A stretch of 64,000 nucleotides of DNA from Dehalococcoidia bacterium (lineage in GTDB: Bacteria; Chloroflexota; Dehalococcoidia; Lucifugimonadales; UBA3495), in contig OY762444.1 in NCBI GenBank assembly GCA_963665735.1, positions 3,787,547 to 3,851,546 on the forward strand, read 5' to 3'. The notes below the pieces were generated by a model. That model saw nothing but the letters and a program-made list of their open reading frames with translations. It made no database searches and had not been told where the DNA came from. Below, in pieces: positions 17,452 to 27,466 of this stretch. The position numbers and the translations under genes were made by a program. Positions within the stretch are counted from its first letter, which is position 1. Every line of letters starts with the position of its first letter.

Positions 17452-17847
17452 TCAGAGTTTGTCACCTTGCCGCGGCACATTTATGAGACGCTTGATGCCG
17501 TTTCTTAGCACGGGTACGTTGAAGTTCATCAACAAACCGAGGGGCCAGCCGCCCATTTTGATATAGGTAAGCAATTGAGCGGAGTGGACGGGTAGAAGTG
17601 TGTCGGTTGCTTTAAGTTCGACTACCACTTGGTCGGCTACCAGGAGGTCAACCCGAAACCCTGTGTTCAATTGTAATCCTTTGTAAGTGACAGGCAAGGG
17701 CAACTGCCGTTGGAAAGTCAGCCCGCGCAAGTTCAGTTCGTGGCAAAGACATTCCTCATAAGCGGACTCCAATAGACCCGGCCCCAACGCTCGATGAACT
17801 TCAATGCCGGCCCCGATGATGGATTCCGTTAGTTCGTTAAGCTCCAT
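17452..17847 (-). CDS. GxxExxY protein (PD-(D/E)XK nuclease superfamily)
   Basis: [29 protein letters not shown]...[15 protein letters not shown]...QLLTYIK is the GxxExxY family pattern. GC looks lower than in the neighbours. Confidence 0.85.
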   Translation of the reverse strand: MELNELTESIIGAGIEVHRALGPGLLESAYEECLCHELNLRGLTFQRQLPLPVTYKGLQLNTGFRVDLLVADQVVVELKATDTLLPVHSAQLLTYIKMGGWPLGLLMNFNVPVLRNGIKRLINVPRQGDKL

Positions 17848-17855
17848 ATCTCCCC

Positions 17856-18746
17856 CTATTCTTTCCCTGACTCCGCGCTCTCTGCGTCTCCGTGTTGAAA
17901 GCGCGTCAATGTCCCCAAGAAATCAGATTCCGAAGAGGGGTTTTCCGGGAGGGCCAGGGAAAAATACTCGAGCCGCATATATTCCCGGCTGAGGTCTTCG
18001 GGGAGTTGGGCGAAGGGGCCGTTGGGGTCCAGTTGGGTCTGGTGGCAGTTCAGGGAGGCGATTTTAACGTCCACGTAATCGGTCACGTCCACGGTGGCGG
18101 TCACTTCGTCGTCGGGCGTTCCCAGGGAGTCTATGTCCAGGCTGGCGAAGGGGGGCGTGATTCCCAAGTCCAGCATTTCCCGCCACATCCGCCGGAAGTT
18201 GCTGCGGGGAAAGCAGACGTAGTACAGGGACATGGACGTTGCGGCGGCGTCCTTGCTTTCCGCGTCGTTGACTTGTTGGAAAGCGGCGGTGACGTGGCGG
18301 CAGACGGCGATATGGTCGGGATGGCCGTAACCCCCGGACGGGTCATGGGTCAAAACCAGGTTGGGGCGGTTCTCCCGCATAATGTCCGCCAGCCGGGAAA
18401 CCACTGTCTCAGCGGGGGCTTGGTGCAAGGAATTGGGATGCTGGTTGTCGGCAGTGCCAGCCATACCGGAATCGCGATAGTCCAGGAAACGGAGGTCGTT
18501 AACCCCGGTGACTGCCATTGCCCGGCGCAGTTCCTCTTGCCGCACCTGGGGCAGCGTTTCCGGGGTTGCCAAGGCCGGGTCGCTGATTTCGCCCACGTCG
18601 CCGTTGGTGGCGCAGACCAGGGTTACCGCCGCGCCGCGGGCAACCAGCATGGCCAAGGTTCCGCCGCAGCCGAAACCTTCGTCGTCCGGGTGGGCGAAGA
18701 CGGCCAGGACGGAAAGGGCCTTTAGGTCGTTGCGGTTGGTGGGCAT
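17856..18746 (-). CDS. PIG-L (LmbE-like) family deacetylase
   Basis: [18 protein letters not shown] and [15 protein letters not shown] zinc-site motifs. The last residues ([12 protein letters not shown]) are encoded by the cassette inverted repeat. Confidence 0.85.
   Translation of the reverse strand: MPTNRNDLKALSVLAVFAHPDDEGFGCGGTLAMLVARGAAVTLVCATNGDVGEISDPALATPETLPQVRQEELRRAMAVTGVNDLRFLDYRDSGMAGTADNQHPNSLHQAPAETVVSRLADIMRENRPNLVLTHDPSGGYGHPDHIAVCRHVTAAFQQVNDAESKDAAATSMSLYYVCFPRSNFRRMWREMLDLGITPPFASLDIDSLGTPDDEVTATVDVTDYVDVKIASLNCHQTQLDPNGPFAQLPEDLSREYMRLEYFSLALPENPSSESDFLGTLTRFQHGDAESAESGKE
17880..17894 (-). repeat. right inverted repeat flanking the GxxExxY cassette
   Basis: Plus strand CTCTGCGTCTCCGTG is the reverse complement of CACGGAGACGCAGAG. 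14/15 match to 17415-17429. Confidence 0.7.
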
Positions 18747-18805
18747 AAATTTACGCTGTGTGTAACGGTTGGGTTGATGGTTTGACCGGAAAACCCGTCA
18801 TACCG

Positions 18806-19005
18806 GCGCGGGCCGGGGTTCGGGGTTCCTTGCCCAATGGGTGTTGGTCTGTGCCGGGATTTCTGGATTCCGGCTTTCGCCGGAATGACGGTATATCCTG
18901 GCGCGGGCCGGGGTTCGGGATTCCTTGCCCCAATGGGTGTTGGTCTGAGCCGGGATTTCTGGATTCCGGCTTTCGCCGGAATGACGGTATATCCTGGCGT
19001 GGGCG
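18806..19005 (+). repeat. tandem duplication (95/96-bp unit, about 2.1 copies), each unit containing an A-type hairpin
   Basis: Units 18806-18900 and 18901-18996, plus a partial third. A-type cores at 18865-18891 and 18961-18987. Confidence 0.9.
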
Positions 19006-19027
19006 TCATTTCGGTTACGTTGCGCTG

Positions 19028-21028
19028 CTATTGGCGTTCCAGCAGGATGTTGCCAAGGGCGTCAACGCGGCCGGCCCAGCCCGGCGAGATTACCACCGTG
19101 GCATCAAGCTGCAAGACCAGGGCCGGCCCGGAAATCCGGTTGCCCGATTGCAGCAGTTCCCGGTCGTAAAGGCTGGTCAACAAGTTGCCTTCCGGGAAGG
19201 TTACTTCCACCCGTTCCAGCAGAGCCGCCGCCGGGTCGAGGCCGACTTCCGGCTGGGGTTGGGGGGCCGGCTTTTCCACCGGCACTTCCAGTTTCAAGCG
19301 AAGGTTGACGATTTCCACCGATTCCTGCCGGTCGGCGTAACCGAACCGTTGGCGGTGGGCCCGGAAAAACCGGCTGCCGATGGTGGCGGTCAAGTCTCCC
19401 CGGCGGGCCAGGTTGGGGCAGTCAACGGTTAACTCAAAGGACTGGCCCACGTAGCGAACATCGAGGAACCGGCGGGCCTTCATGCTGGTTTCCGGCAGCC
19501 CCTCGGCGGCTAATTCCCGGCGGGCCAGGTTCTCCATGCCGTGAAATTCCTCTTCCAAACGGGACTGGTTGATGTCGTCGCCCTGGAGCATCACGGTCCG
19601 GGAGTAATCTTTCACCACGTCGGCCACCGCCACGCCCAGGGCGGACAAAATTCCGGGATGGGGCGGAATCAACACCCGGGGAATGGCTAAGGATTGGGCT
19701 AACTCGCAACAGTGCATCGGCCCGGCGCCGCCGAAGGGAATCAAGGTGAACCGGCGGGGGTCGTAACCCCGTTCCAGGGAAATGGCGCGGATGGCCCGCT
19801 CCATTTTGGCGTTGACGACGCGGATGATGCCCAAGGCGGTTTCGCCGGCGGTGGCGGCAATGTCGGCGGCCAACTCTTCCATCAGCTCACGGGAACGGGA
19901 CAGGTCAAGGGTCATCCGCCCGCCGAGGAAACGGTCGGGCCGGAGGCGTCCAAGGACCAGGTTGGCGTCGGTAACGGTGATGCGGTCGCCCTTGCCGTAG
20001 CAAGCCGGGCCGGGGTCGGCGCCGGCCGACTGCGGCCCCACCACCAGCGCGCCGCCGGAGTCCAGGCGGGCGATGGAACCGCCGCCGGCGCCGACGGTGT
20101 GAATTTCTATCATGGGGACGCTGATGGAATAGCCGCCGACGTTGGCTGAGGTGGTTTCCTTTATGCGTCCGGGGCACAGGGAAACGTCGGTGGAAGTGCC
20201 GCCCATGTCCAGGGTTATGATGTCGGGGAAACTGGCCTGGCAGCCGGTATGGAAGGCGCCCACCACACCGCCGGCCGGGCCGGATAGAATCGTCCGCACC
20301 GGCTGTTCGGCGGCAAGATGGGCGGTGATGCTGCCGCCCGACGATTGCATGATGCGAAGGTCACGGCCCAGGGCCTCTTCCAATTCGCGCAGGTAGCGGG
20401 CCATGACCGGGCCGACGTAGGAATTAACGACGACGGTGCTGGTGCGTTCGTATTCCCGGAACTCCGGCAAGACCCGGCTGGACAGGGAAATGAAGGGCGG
20501 GCCGGGCAACTGCTGCAAGGCCCGCAGCGTCATTTCTTCATGGGCCGGGTTCAGGAAGGAAAACAGGAAGGACACGGCAACCCCGTCAACCCCGGCCTCG
20601 GCAATCAGGGACATGAGCGCGGTCAGGGCCTCCGGGGAAAGGTCTTCCAGGATGTTGCCGTTGGGTTCCACCCGCTCCGGCAGCCCGAACCGCAGTTCCC
20701 ACGGGGCCAGGGCCGGCGGGCGTTCCAGGTTCAGGTTGTAAAGTTCAGCGCGGCTTTGCCGGCCTATATCCAGAACGTCCTCAAACCCCAGGGTTGTGAC
20801 CAGGGCGGTTCGGCCACCCTTGCCCTCCAGCAGGGCGTTGGTGGCAACCGTGGTGCCGTGGACGAAACCGGCGCCGGCAACGTCCAGTTCCGACACCGCT
20901 TGCTGCACGCCGCGGGAAGGGTTGTCCGGCGTGGAGGGCAGCTTGTGGACGCTCAGCCGGCCGTCGGTCAAGACTGCAACGTCGGTGAAGGTGCCGCCAA
21001 CATCAATGCCGACTACGGTGTTGGACAT
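19028..21028 (-). CDS. hyuA: hydantoinase A/oxoprolinase family protein
   Basis: 666 aa. VGIDVGGTFTDVAV N-terminus and DMGGTSTDVSL ATPase motifs. Confidence 0.9.
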   Translation of the reverse strand: MSNTVVGIDVGGTFTDVAVLTDGRLSVHKLPSTPDNPSRGVQQAVSELDVAGAGFVHGTTVATNALLEGKGGRTALVTTLGFEDVLDIGRQSRAELYNLNLERPPALAPWELRFGLPERVEPNGNILEDLSPEALTALMSLIAEAGVDGVAVSFLFSFLNPAHEEMTLRALQQLPGPPFISLSSRVLPEFREYERTSTVVVNSYVGPVMARYLRELEEALGRDLRIMQSSGGSITAHLAAEQPVRTILSGPAGGVVGAFHTGCQASFPDIITLDMGGTSTDVSLCPGRIKETTSANVGGYSISVPMIEIHTVGAGGGSIARLDSGGALVVGPQSAGADPGPACYGKGDRITVTDANLVLGRLRPDRFLGGRMTLDLSRSRELMEELAADIAATAGETALGIIRVVNAKMERAIRAISLERGYDPRRFTLIPFGGAGPMHCCELAQSLAIPRVLIPPHPGILSALGVAVADVVKDYSRTVMLQGDDINQSRLEEEFHGMENLARRELAAEGLPETSMKARRFLDVRYVGQSFELTVDCPNLARRGDLTATIGSRFFRAHRQRFGYADRQESVEIVNLRLKLEVPVEKPAPQPQPEVGLDPAAALLERVEVTFPEGNLLTSLYDRELLQSGNRISGPALVLQLDATVVISPGWAGRVDALGNILLERQ

Positions 21029-21095
21029 ATCTACCCGGCTACCGGAAAGACCGGAATCAAGGAAATGGCGGCGGGAATGCGACGGCGGTTGACCA

Positions 21096-21620
<525 letters not shown>

Positions 21621-21644
21621 GTTCGATTCCCAAGTCCGGCGGCC

Positions 21645-22355
21645 CTAACTTTCCAGGGCGATGCGGAGACGTTTGTTGGAGCGCCCTTTGCTTTCGTGGC
21701 CCATGACCTTGATGGGGCCGACTTCGCGGGTGTTGGCGACGTGGGTGCCGCCGTCGGCCTGCAAGTCCAGCCCGCTAATGTCAATGGTTCTGACCTCGGT
21801 GACGGCGGCGGGCAGCAGGTTGATTTTGGTGCGAATCAAGTCCGGGTGCTGGTCGGCTTCGGCGCGGGCCAGGTTGCCAACGTGAATATCCCGCGCGGCG
21901 CCGACTTCGGCGTTGATGCGGTCCTGGACTTCCTGGGCGAACTCGGCGGTCATGTTTTCCAACTCGAAGTCCATGCGGGCCGCGCCGGGCTGCATATCGC
22001 CGCCGGTGACTTTGGCGCCGTAATCCCGCCAGACCACGCCGCAAAGGATATGCAGCGCGGTGTGCGTCCGCATCAGCAGGTAACGGCGTTCCCAGTCAAT
22101 GCGGCCCTGCACCTGGGCGCCCACCGGGGGCAAAGGGCCGTCAATGCGGTGGACGATTTTGCCTTCCGAGCGTCCTACCCGGGTCACCGGGTACTCTTCG
22201 CCGTTGCTGACCAGCAGTCCGGTGTCGCAGGGCTGGCCGCCGCCGCCGATGTAAAAGGCGGTGCGGTCGAGCACTACGCCGTCCTCGGTGGATTCGACCA
22301 CCGTGGCGTCAAATTCTTGCAGGTAACTGTCCTCGTGGAACAATAGCTCAGTCAT
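21645..22355 (-). CDS. alaX: alanyl-tRNA editing protein (AlaX-M type)
   Basis: FYIGGGGQPCDTG, HTALHIL and GGTHV motifs of the Ala/Thr-tRNA synthetase editing (second additional) domain. Confidence 0.85.
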   Translation of the reverse strand: MTELLFHEDSYLQEFDATVVESTEDGVVLDRTAFYIGGGGQPCDTGLLVSNGEEYPVTRVGRSEGKIVHRIDGPLPPVGAQVQGRIDWERRYLLMRTHTALHILCGVVWRDYGAKVTGGDMQPGAARMDFELENMTAEFAQEVQDRINAEVGAARDIHVGNLARAEADQHPDLIRTKINLLPAAVTEVRTIDISGLDLQADGGTHVANTREVGPIKVMGHESKGRSNKRLRIALES

Positions 22356-22454
22356 GGATTGTCTGACTCCGAACTTTGGAAAGGTTAGCCAGGGACTATT
22401 ATAGCAAACCCAGCGTTAATCCAATGCGTTTCCCTTGCTTATGACTCCGCAAAG

Positions 22455-22483
22455 TTGTCATACTATCCGCGCGGTGCCATAAT
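22455..22483 (+). promoter_or_regulatory. candidate promoter for dnaN
   Basis: TTGTCA (22455-22460), 17-nt spacer, CATAAT (22478-22483). Confidence 0.35.
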
Positions 22484-22514
22484 ACCGCCTACTAAAATTA
22501 CGGTGCATTAGACG

Positions 22515-23654
22515 ATGAAACTTGCTTGCCTTCGAGACAACCTGAGCCGCGCCCTGGCCGTGGTGGGCCGGGCAGTCGCTACCCGGGCCACGCTGCCCAT
22601 TACGCAGAATGTCCTGCTGACCACCAATCAATCCATGCTCAAGTTGTCGGCGACGAACCTGGAAATGGCTATGACCACGTGGATACTGGCCGACATCCAG
22701 GAAGAAGGTTCCATCACCGTTCCGGCCCGGCTGCTTACCGAGTTCGTCAACTCCCTGTCGGGGAACCAGGTTGACCTGGAAGTTTCCCCGGACAGCGGCG
22801 TATTGCAAGTGACCTGCGGTTCGGCCAACGCCCGGATTCACGGCGCGGACGCCAGCGAGTTTCCGCCCATCCCAACGGTTGATGAGGGGGTGGCGGCCAA
22901 CATAGACCCCCACACCTTCCGCTCGGCGATAACCCGCGTTGCTTTTGCCGCCGCCACCGAGGAATCGCGGCCCGTCCTGACCGGCGTGGAGGTCAAGCTG
23001 GAGGGCAGCAAGTTCACCTTGGCCGCCGCCGACGGGTTCCGGCTGGCGGTGCAGCATGGCCCGCTGGCTTTCCCGGTGGAGTCGGAGACGGTGGTAATTG
23101 TGCCGGCCCGCGCCTTGAACGAACTCAACCGCCTGCTGTCGGACCAGGAGGACACGGTGCATATCACCATGACCCCGGCCAAGGGGCAGGTGATGTTCCG
23201 CACCGGGGGGGTTGAGCTGGTTTCCCAGCTGCTCCAGGGTTCTTTCCCCAACTATGAGCAGTTGATTCCCCAGAGCTACCAGACCCGCGCCGTCTTTGAC
23301 CTCCAGAACCTGTTGGGGGCCACCCGCACCGCGGCCATATTCGCCCGGGACGGCAGCAACATCATCCGGCTTCAACTGGAGGCTGAGGCCGAGGGTGAGA
23401 TGGCCGGCAAGGCGATAATCTCGGCCCGTTCAGAGGAAGTGGGGGACAACCAGAACGAAGTTATGGCTGAAACCCTGGAAGGCGGGGAGGCCAAGATCGC
23501 GTTCAACAGCCGCTATCTCCAGGATGTTTTGGCAGTGTTGGAACGGGGCCAGGTGGCCGTGGAAACGACCACGCCGTCCAGCCCCGGCGTGTTCAAGCCC
23601 ACCGACTCGGAAGACTACGTTCACGTGGTAATGCCCATGTTCGTCCAGTGGTAG
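22515..23654 (+). CDS. dnaN: DNA polymerase III beta sliding clamp
   Basis: 379 aa. MKLACLRDNLSRALAVVGRAV..RATLPITQNVLL and later segments are typical of the three-domain clamp. Confidence 0.9.
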   Translation: MKLACLRDNLSRALAVVGRAVATRATLPITQNVLLTTNQSMLKLSATNLEMAMTTWILADIQEEGSITVPARLLTEFVNSLSGNQVDLEVSPDSGVLQVTCGSANARIHGADASEFPPIPTVDEGVAANIDPHTFRSAITRVAFAAATEESRPVLTGVEVKLEGSKFTLAAADGFRLAVQHGPLAFPVESETVVIVPARALNELNRLLSDQEDTVHITMTPAKGQVMFRTGGVELVSQLLQGSFPNYEQLIPQSYQTRAVFDLQNLLGATRTAAIFARDGSNIIRLQLEAEAEGEMAGKAIISARSEEVGDNQNEVMAETLEGGEAKIAFNSRYLQDVLAVLERGQVAVETTTPSSPGVFKPTDSEDYVHVVMPMFVQW

Positions 23655-23676
23655 CGGGCGCTTGGGGGAACCCCGT

Positions 23677-24225
23677 ATGACTGTTTTACCCGTGCCGCTC
23701 TTGCCGGACCCGGTGGGGGCCGGACGATTACAAAGCGCCGAAAAACGCCGGGAAATGAGCCGGCGGTTCATCATACAGGCCCGCAACGAATTGGCCGAGG
23801 GCAATCGGTTGCAGGCCGGGGAAAAGGCTTGGGGCGCCGTCGCCCAGCACTTGAAGATAGTTGGCCAGGAAAGAGGGTGGATGCATACGTCCCACCGCCA
23901 ACTGGAAAGCATCGGACGGCATATCCGGGCGGAGTATCCTGACTTGGCGAACGGCGAACTGGCCGATGCCCTATCGGACGCGTACTATGTCGGGTACATC
24001 AACTCGTTCCGTGACCAGGAAGACCACGAGCGGATAGAGGAACTGGTGGATGACGTTGAACAGATGTTGCCCCTCTTGGAACGCCTGGCTACGGAAGCCG
24101 CCGAAAACCCGCGCGCCTTTGAAATCGAGAGCATTGGGCAGCGCAGGCAATTGCGGGAAGTGACCGGGGATAGGACGCTGGACGTTGGCAGCCAGTCCGC
24201 CGTTGGTTTTTCTCTGCGCCATTAG
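23677..24225 (+). CDS. PaREP1-like (HEPN-superfamily-like) protein, function unknown
   Basis: GEKAWGAVAQHLKIVGQERGWMHTSHRQLESIGRHI resembles the PaREP1 core (GEKxWGA....GW.H.SHR) as I remember it. Start uncertain (TTG 23662, ATG 23677 or ATG 23755). Confidence 0.45.
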   Translation: MTVLPVPLLPDPVGAGRLQSAEKRREMSRRFIIQARNELAEGNRLQAGEKAWGAVAQHLKIVGQERGWMHTSHRQLESIGRHIRAEYPDLANGELADALSDAYYVGYINSFRDQEDHERIEELVDDVEQMLPLLERLATEAAENPRAFEIESIGQRRQLREVTGDRTLDVGSQSAVGFSLRH

Positions 24226-24281
24226 GCATCGGCGCTGTTGAGGCCGCCCCATCCCCATCGCCAAACTCGTCCGGCCGGGAA

Positions 24282-24557
24282 TTGAGCATGAATAATAACT
24301 ACCAGTGGTACCACCGGGCAAAGCAGCGGGTTGAGGAATTTCTGCCCGAACTGGATGGGGAACTGGAGGTTGAAGTGGAAGAGACTTCCATCACCCTCCA
24401 CGAAGGCGGGGACGAATACCGCACCTTCGCCCTGAGTTTTTCCCACGCTTCCAACCCCATGCTTTACTGGACGATGGAGGTTGAAACCTCCGACGACTTT
24501 ATTGACAACCAACTGGAAGACGTGGTGCGCCGCATATACTTTCAACGGGTTGAATGA
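24282..24557 (+). CDS. hypothetical small acidic protein (91 aa)
   Basis: Compositionally coding-like and co-directional, 56 nt after the PaREP1-like gene. I recognise no family. Confidence 0.45.
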   Translation: MSMNNNYQWYHRAKQRVEEFLPELDGELEVEVEETSITLHEGGDEYRTFALSFSHASNPMLYWTMEVETSDDFIDNQLEDVVRRIYFQRVE

Positions 24558-24647
24558 CGGCCCGGCAACGGCCCGGGTCTTTGTCCTTCCCCGCCGCCGG
24601 GCATATACTGTACCCACTAACCAGAACGGGAAAGGCAAGGTGTTGAT

Positions 24648-25475
24648 ATGCCGGAGGAATCGGGCCGGCTGGCCGGCAAGGTCTGCATCGTAACCGGGGC
24701 CGGGGCCACCGCCAGCGGCGACTTCGTGGGCATCGGCCAGGCGATTTCCATACTGTTCGCGCGACAGGGTGCCAAGGTGCTGCTGGTTGACCGGGACGAA
24801 CCCAACGGCCAGACTACCCTGGCTTCCATCCGGGAAGAAGGCGGCGAGGCCTCCCTGTTTGTCGGCGACGTGACCAGCAGCGACGATTGCCTTGAAATGG
24901 TCAACGCTGCGGTGTCCCAATTCGGGCAGGTCAACGTGCTGATTAACAACGTGGGCATCAGCGGCCCCGGCTCCGTCACCGAGGTTGAGGAAGACCTGTG
25001 GGATACCGTCATTGACGTGAACCTGAAAAGCGTCATGCTGACCAGCAAGCACGCCATCCCGAAGATGATTGAATCCGGCGGCGGGTCCATCGTCAACCTT
25101 TCCTCAATTGTCGGGCTGCGGGCCGGCAGCGGCCGCCCCAGCCATCCTTACGCCGCATCCAAGGGCGGAATCATCGGGTTGAGCAATTCAATGGCGGTGC
25201 ATTACGGGCGGGACAACGTGCGGGTGAACTGCATCGCGCCCGGCCACGTCCACAGCCCGATGGTGGCCCGGCACACTTCCCAGGAAATGCTGGACTTGCG
25301 CCGCAGGGCCGGGCCGTTGGGCACCGAAGGCACACCTTGGGACGTGGCTTATGCCGCCCTTTTCCTGGCGTCGGACGAGGCCCGCTGGATTTCCGGCGTA
25401 ACCCTGCCGGTGGACGCCGGGCTGCTGGCGGCTACGCCCCTGGCGATGTTTCCCCACCTGCGCGACCCGGAATAG
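24648..25475 (+). CDS. SDR family oxidoreductase
   Basis: TGAGATASGDFVGIG Rossmann motif, NNVG, and the catalytic Y..K region (PYAASKGG). Confidence 0.9.
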   Translation: MPEESGRLAGKVCIVTGAGATASGDFVGIGQAISILFARQGAKVLLVDRDEPNGQTTLASIREEGGEASLFVGDVTSSDDCLEMVNAAVSQFGQVNVLINNVGISGPGSVTEVEEDLWDTVIDVNLKSVMLTSKHAIPKMIESGGGSIVNLSSIVGLRAGSGRPSHPYAASKGGIIGLSNSMAVHYGRDNVRVNCIAPGHVHSPMVARHTSQEMLDLRRRAGPLGTEGTPWDVAYAALFLASDEARWISGVTLPVDAGLLAATPLAMFPHLRDPE

Positions 25476-25580
25476 GCATAAACGTCCCTAACCCCTAGCG
25501 CATGGTGAAAAATCATTCCGGCGCAGGCCGGTATGCAGGACTCTGGCCGTTGAGTATGCTGTTTTGCGCTTGGCATTTCT

Positions 25581-25632
25581 GGATTCCGGCCCCGTATCGT
25601 GGTACGGGGCGGGCTTTTCGCCGGAATGACGG
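25581..25632 (+). repeat. A-type hairpin with an expanded loop (inner hairpin CCCCGTAtcgtgGTACGGGG)
   Basis: GGATTCCGGC[cccgtatcgtggtacggggcgggcttttc]GCCGGAATGACGG. Confidence 0.85.
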
Positions 25633-25710
25633 ATTGGGGGCAAAAACTCCCTCTCCCTATGGGGGTGAGGGTGGAAACCCCGGTAGTTTAGTCTCAAAGA
25701 GGGAATTTCG

Positions 25711-26469
25711 ATGGACGGACAAAGGAAGGTGGCGATTGTCACCGGGGCCGGCACCGGCATCGGGCAACGGTCGGCCTTGGCCCTGCTGGCCGAGGGCTAC
25801 GCCGTAACCCTGGCCGGACGCCGCGCCGCCCTGCTGGAGGAGACGGCAACGCAAGCCGGCCCCCTGGCTTCCAACGCTTTGGTGGTTCCCACCGACGTTG
25901 CCGACCCCGATTCGGTGGCGGCCCTGTTCGCCCAGACCGTCGAGGCTTTCGGGCGGGTGGACGTGGTTTTCAACAACGCCGGAATCAGTGCGCCGCCTAT
26001 ACCCCTGGAAGAGCTGACCGTTGACCAGTGGAAAGCGGTGGTGGACGTGAACCTGACCGGGGCGTTTCTCTGCACCCAGGAAGCCTTCCGAATTATGAAA
26101 GACCAGGAACCACGGGGCGGACGCATCATCAACAACGGCTCGGTTTCGGCCTACGTTCCCCGGCCCAATACCGCGCCCTACACCGCCACCAAGCACGCCA
26201 TGACCGGGCTGACCCGCTCAACGTCGCTGGATGGGCGCAAGTATGACATCGCCTGCGGCCAGATTGACATTGGCAACGCCGACACCGACATGGCCGCCGT
26301 GTTCAAGACCGGGGTTCCGCAGGCCAACGGTCAAATCGCCGTTGAGCCGGTGATGGACGCGGACAACGTGGCGCAGGCCGTGGTGTATATGGCCGGCCTG
26401 CCCCTGGACGCCAACGTGCAGTTTATGACCGTCATGGCTACCAAAATGCCCTTTATCGGGCGCGGCTAG
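25711..26469 (+). CDS. SDR family oxidoreductase
   Basis: [14 protein letters not shown] and YTATKHA motifs. Confidence 0.9.
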   Translation: MDGQRKVAIVTGAGTGIGQRSALALLAEGYAVTLAGRRAALLEETATQAGPLASNALVVPTDVADPDSVAALFAQTVEAFGRVDVVFNNAGISAPPIPLEELTVDQWKAVVDVNLTGAFLCTQEAFRIMKDQEPRGGRIINNGSVSAYVPRPNTAPYTATKHAMTGLTRSTSLDGRKYDIACGQIDIGNADTDMAAVFKTGVPQANGQIAVEPVMDADNVAQAVVYMAGLPLDANVQFMTVMATKMPFIGRG

Positions 26470-26529
26470 GCGTGAAATTTCCTCGTCCGATTAGACCCTC
26501 GGAGACCGCATCCGTGGAGGTGAATTCCC

Positions 26530-27399
26530 ATGCTGGTTGACCTGATTGATTTCCAGACCGCCGACGGCGTGACCCTGGACGGGATTTTCTGCGCCCCGGC
26601 GGAGGACGCAACGCCGTCCGGCCCGGTGGACGCCGTTTTGCTGGTTCACGGTAGCGGGGGAAACTTCTACCGCGGCACCACCAAGGCGATGGCCGCCGAC
26701 CTCTCCGCCCAAGGTTATGCCTGTCTAGCCATCAACACCAAGGGCCACGACACCGTTTGGCTTAACCAAGCCGACGGCCAATATCACGGCAACGCCAACG
26801 AAATCCTGGATAACAGCCGCCTGGACTTGAAAGCTGGCGTTGACTGGCTTTGGGAACGCGGCTACCGGCGCATCGCCCTGTTGGGTCACAGCATGGGGGC
26901 GGTCAAGGTGGCTTACTATGCCGCCGCCGAGCAGGACCCACGGGTTGCGACGGTCATCCCCGTTTCGCCGGTGCGCCTGTCCTATACCTACTACATGGAA
27001 TCGGAGGCGGCGGAGGAATTTCAGGCCAACATCCAACGGGCCGATGAAATGGAAGCGGAAGACCGGGCATTGGATTTGATGGCGGTCAAATTTCCCATCC
27101 CGCAGATGTTCAGCGCGGCGTCGTACCTGGATAAGCACGGCCCGGCGGAGCGGTACAACCTGGTTACGCTGGCGCCCCGGATAACCGTTCCCATGCTTAT
27201 CATCGCCGGGGAGTTGGAAACCCACGTCCGGCTGCGGGACTGCGCCAGGGACGTGGCGACGGCGGCCATCAACAGCCCGCGGGCCGAGTACGTCATCATT
27301 CCCGGCGGCGACCACGCCTTGAACAACAACACCGCTGCGGCGTCGGCAGCGGCTCTGCGCTGGTTGGCGGAGCTTTCGCTGGAAACGGCGGGGGTGTAA
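26530..27399 (+). CDS. alpha/beta hydrolase
   Basis: LLVHGSGGNFY and the nucleophile elbow GHSMGA. Confidence 0.8.
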   Translation: MLVDLIDFQTADGVTLDGIFCAPAEDATPSGPVDAVLLVHGSGGNFYRGTTKAMAADLSAQGYACLAINTKGHDTVWLNQADGQYHGNANEILDNSRLDLKAGVDWLWERGYRRIALLGHSMGAVKVAYYAAAEQDPRVATVIPVSPVRLSYTYYMESEAAEEFQANIQRADEMEAEDRALDLMAVKFPIPQMFSAASYLDKHGPAERYNLVTLAPRITVPMLIIAGELETHVRLRDCARDVATAAINSPRAEYVIIPGGDHALNNNTAAASAAALRWLAELSLETAGV

Positions 27400-27443
27400 G
27401 TCCCTCGTCGTCCCTTCCCCAATGGACGTCACCCCCACCCTAG

Positions 27444-27466
27444 CCCTCCCCCTTCGAGGGGGAGGG
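27444..27466 (+). repeat. B-type hairpin repeat
   Basis: CCCTCCCCC ttcga GGGGGAGGG followed by GATTTCTT. Lies just downstream of a plus-strand gene. Confidence 0.9.

Noticed and set aside
22356-22514. oriC or DnaA boxes next to dnaN
   Set aside because: There is no dnaA gene, no cluster of TTATCCACA-like boxes, and no AT-rich unwinding element in the 159-bp spacer. The repeat orientation does not flip here either.
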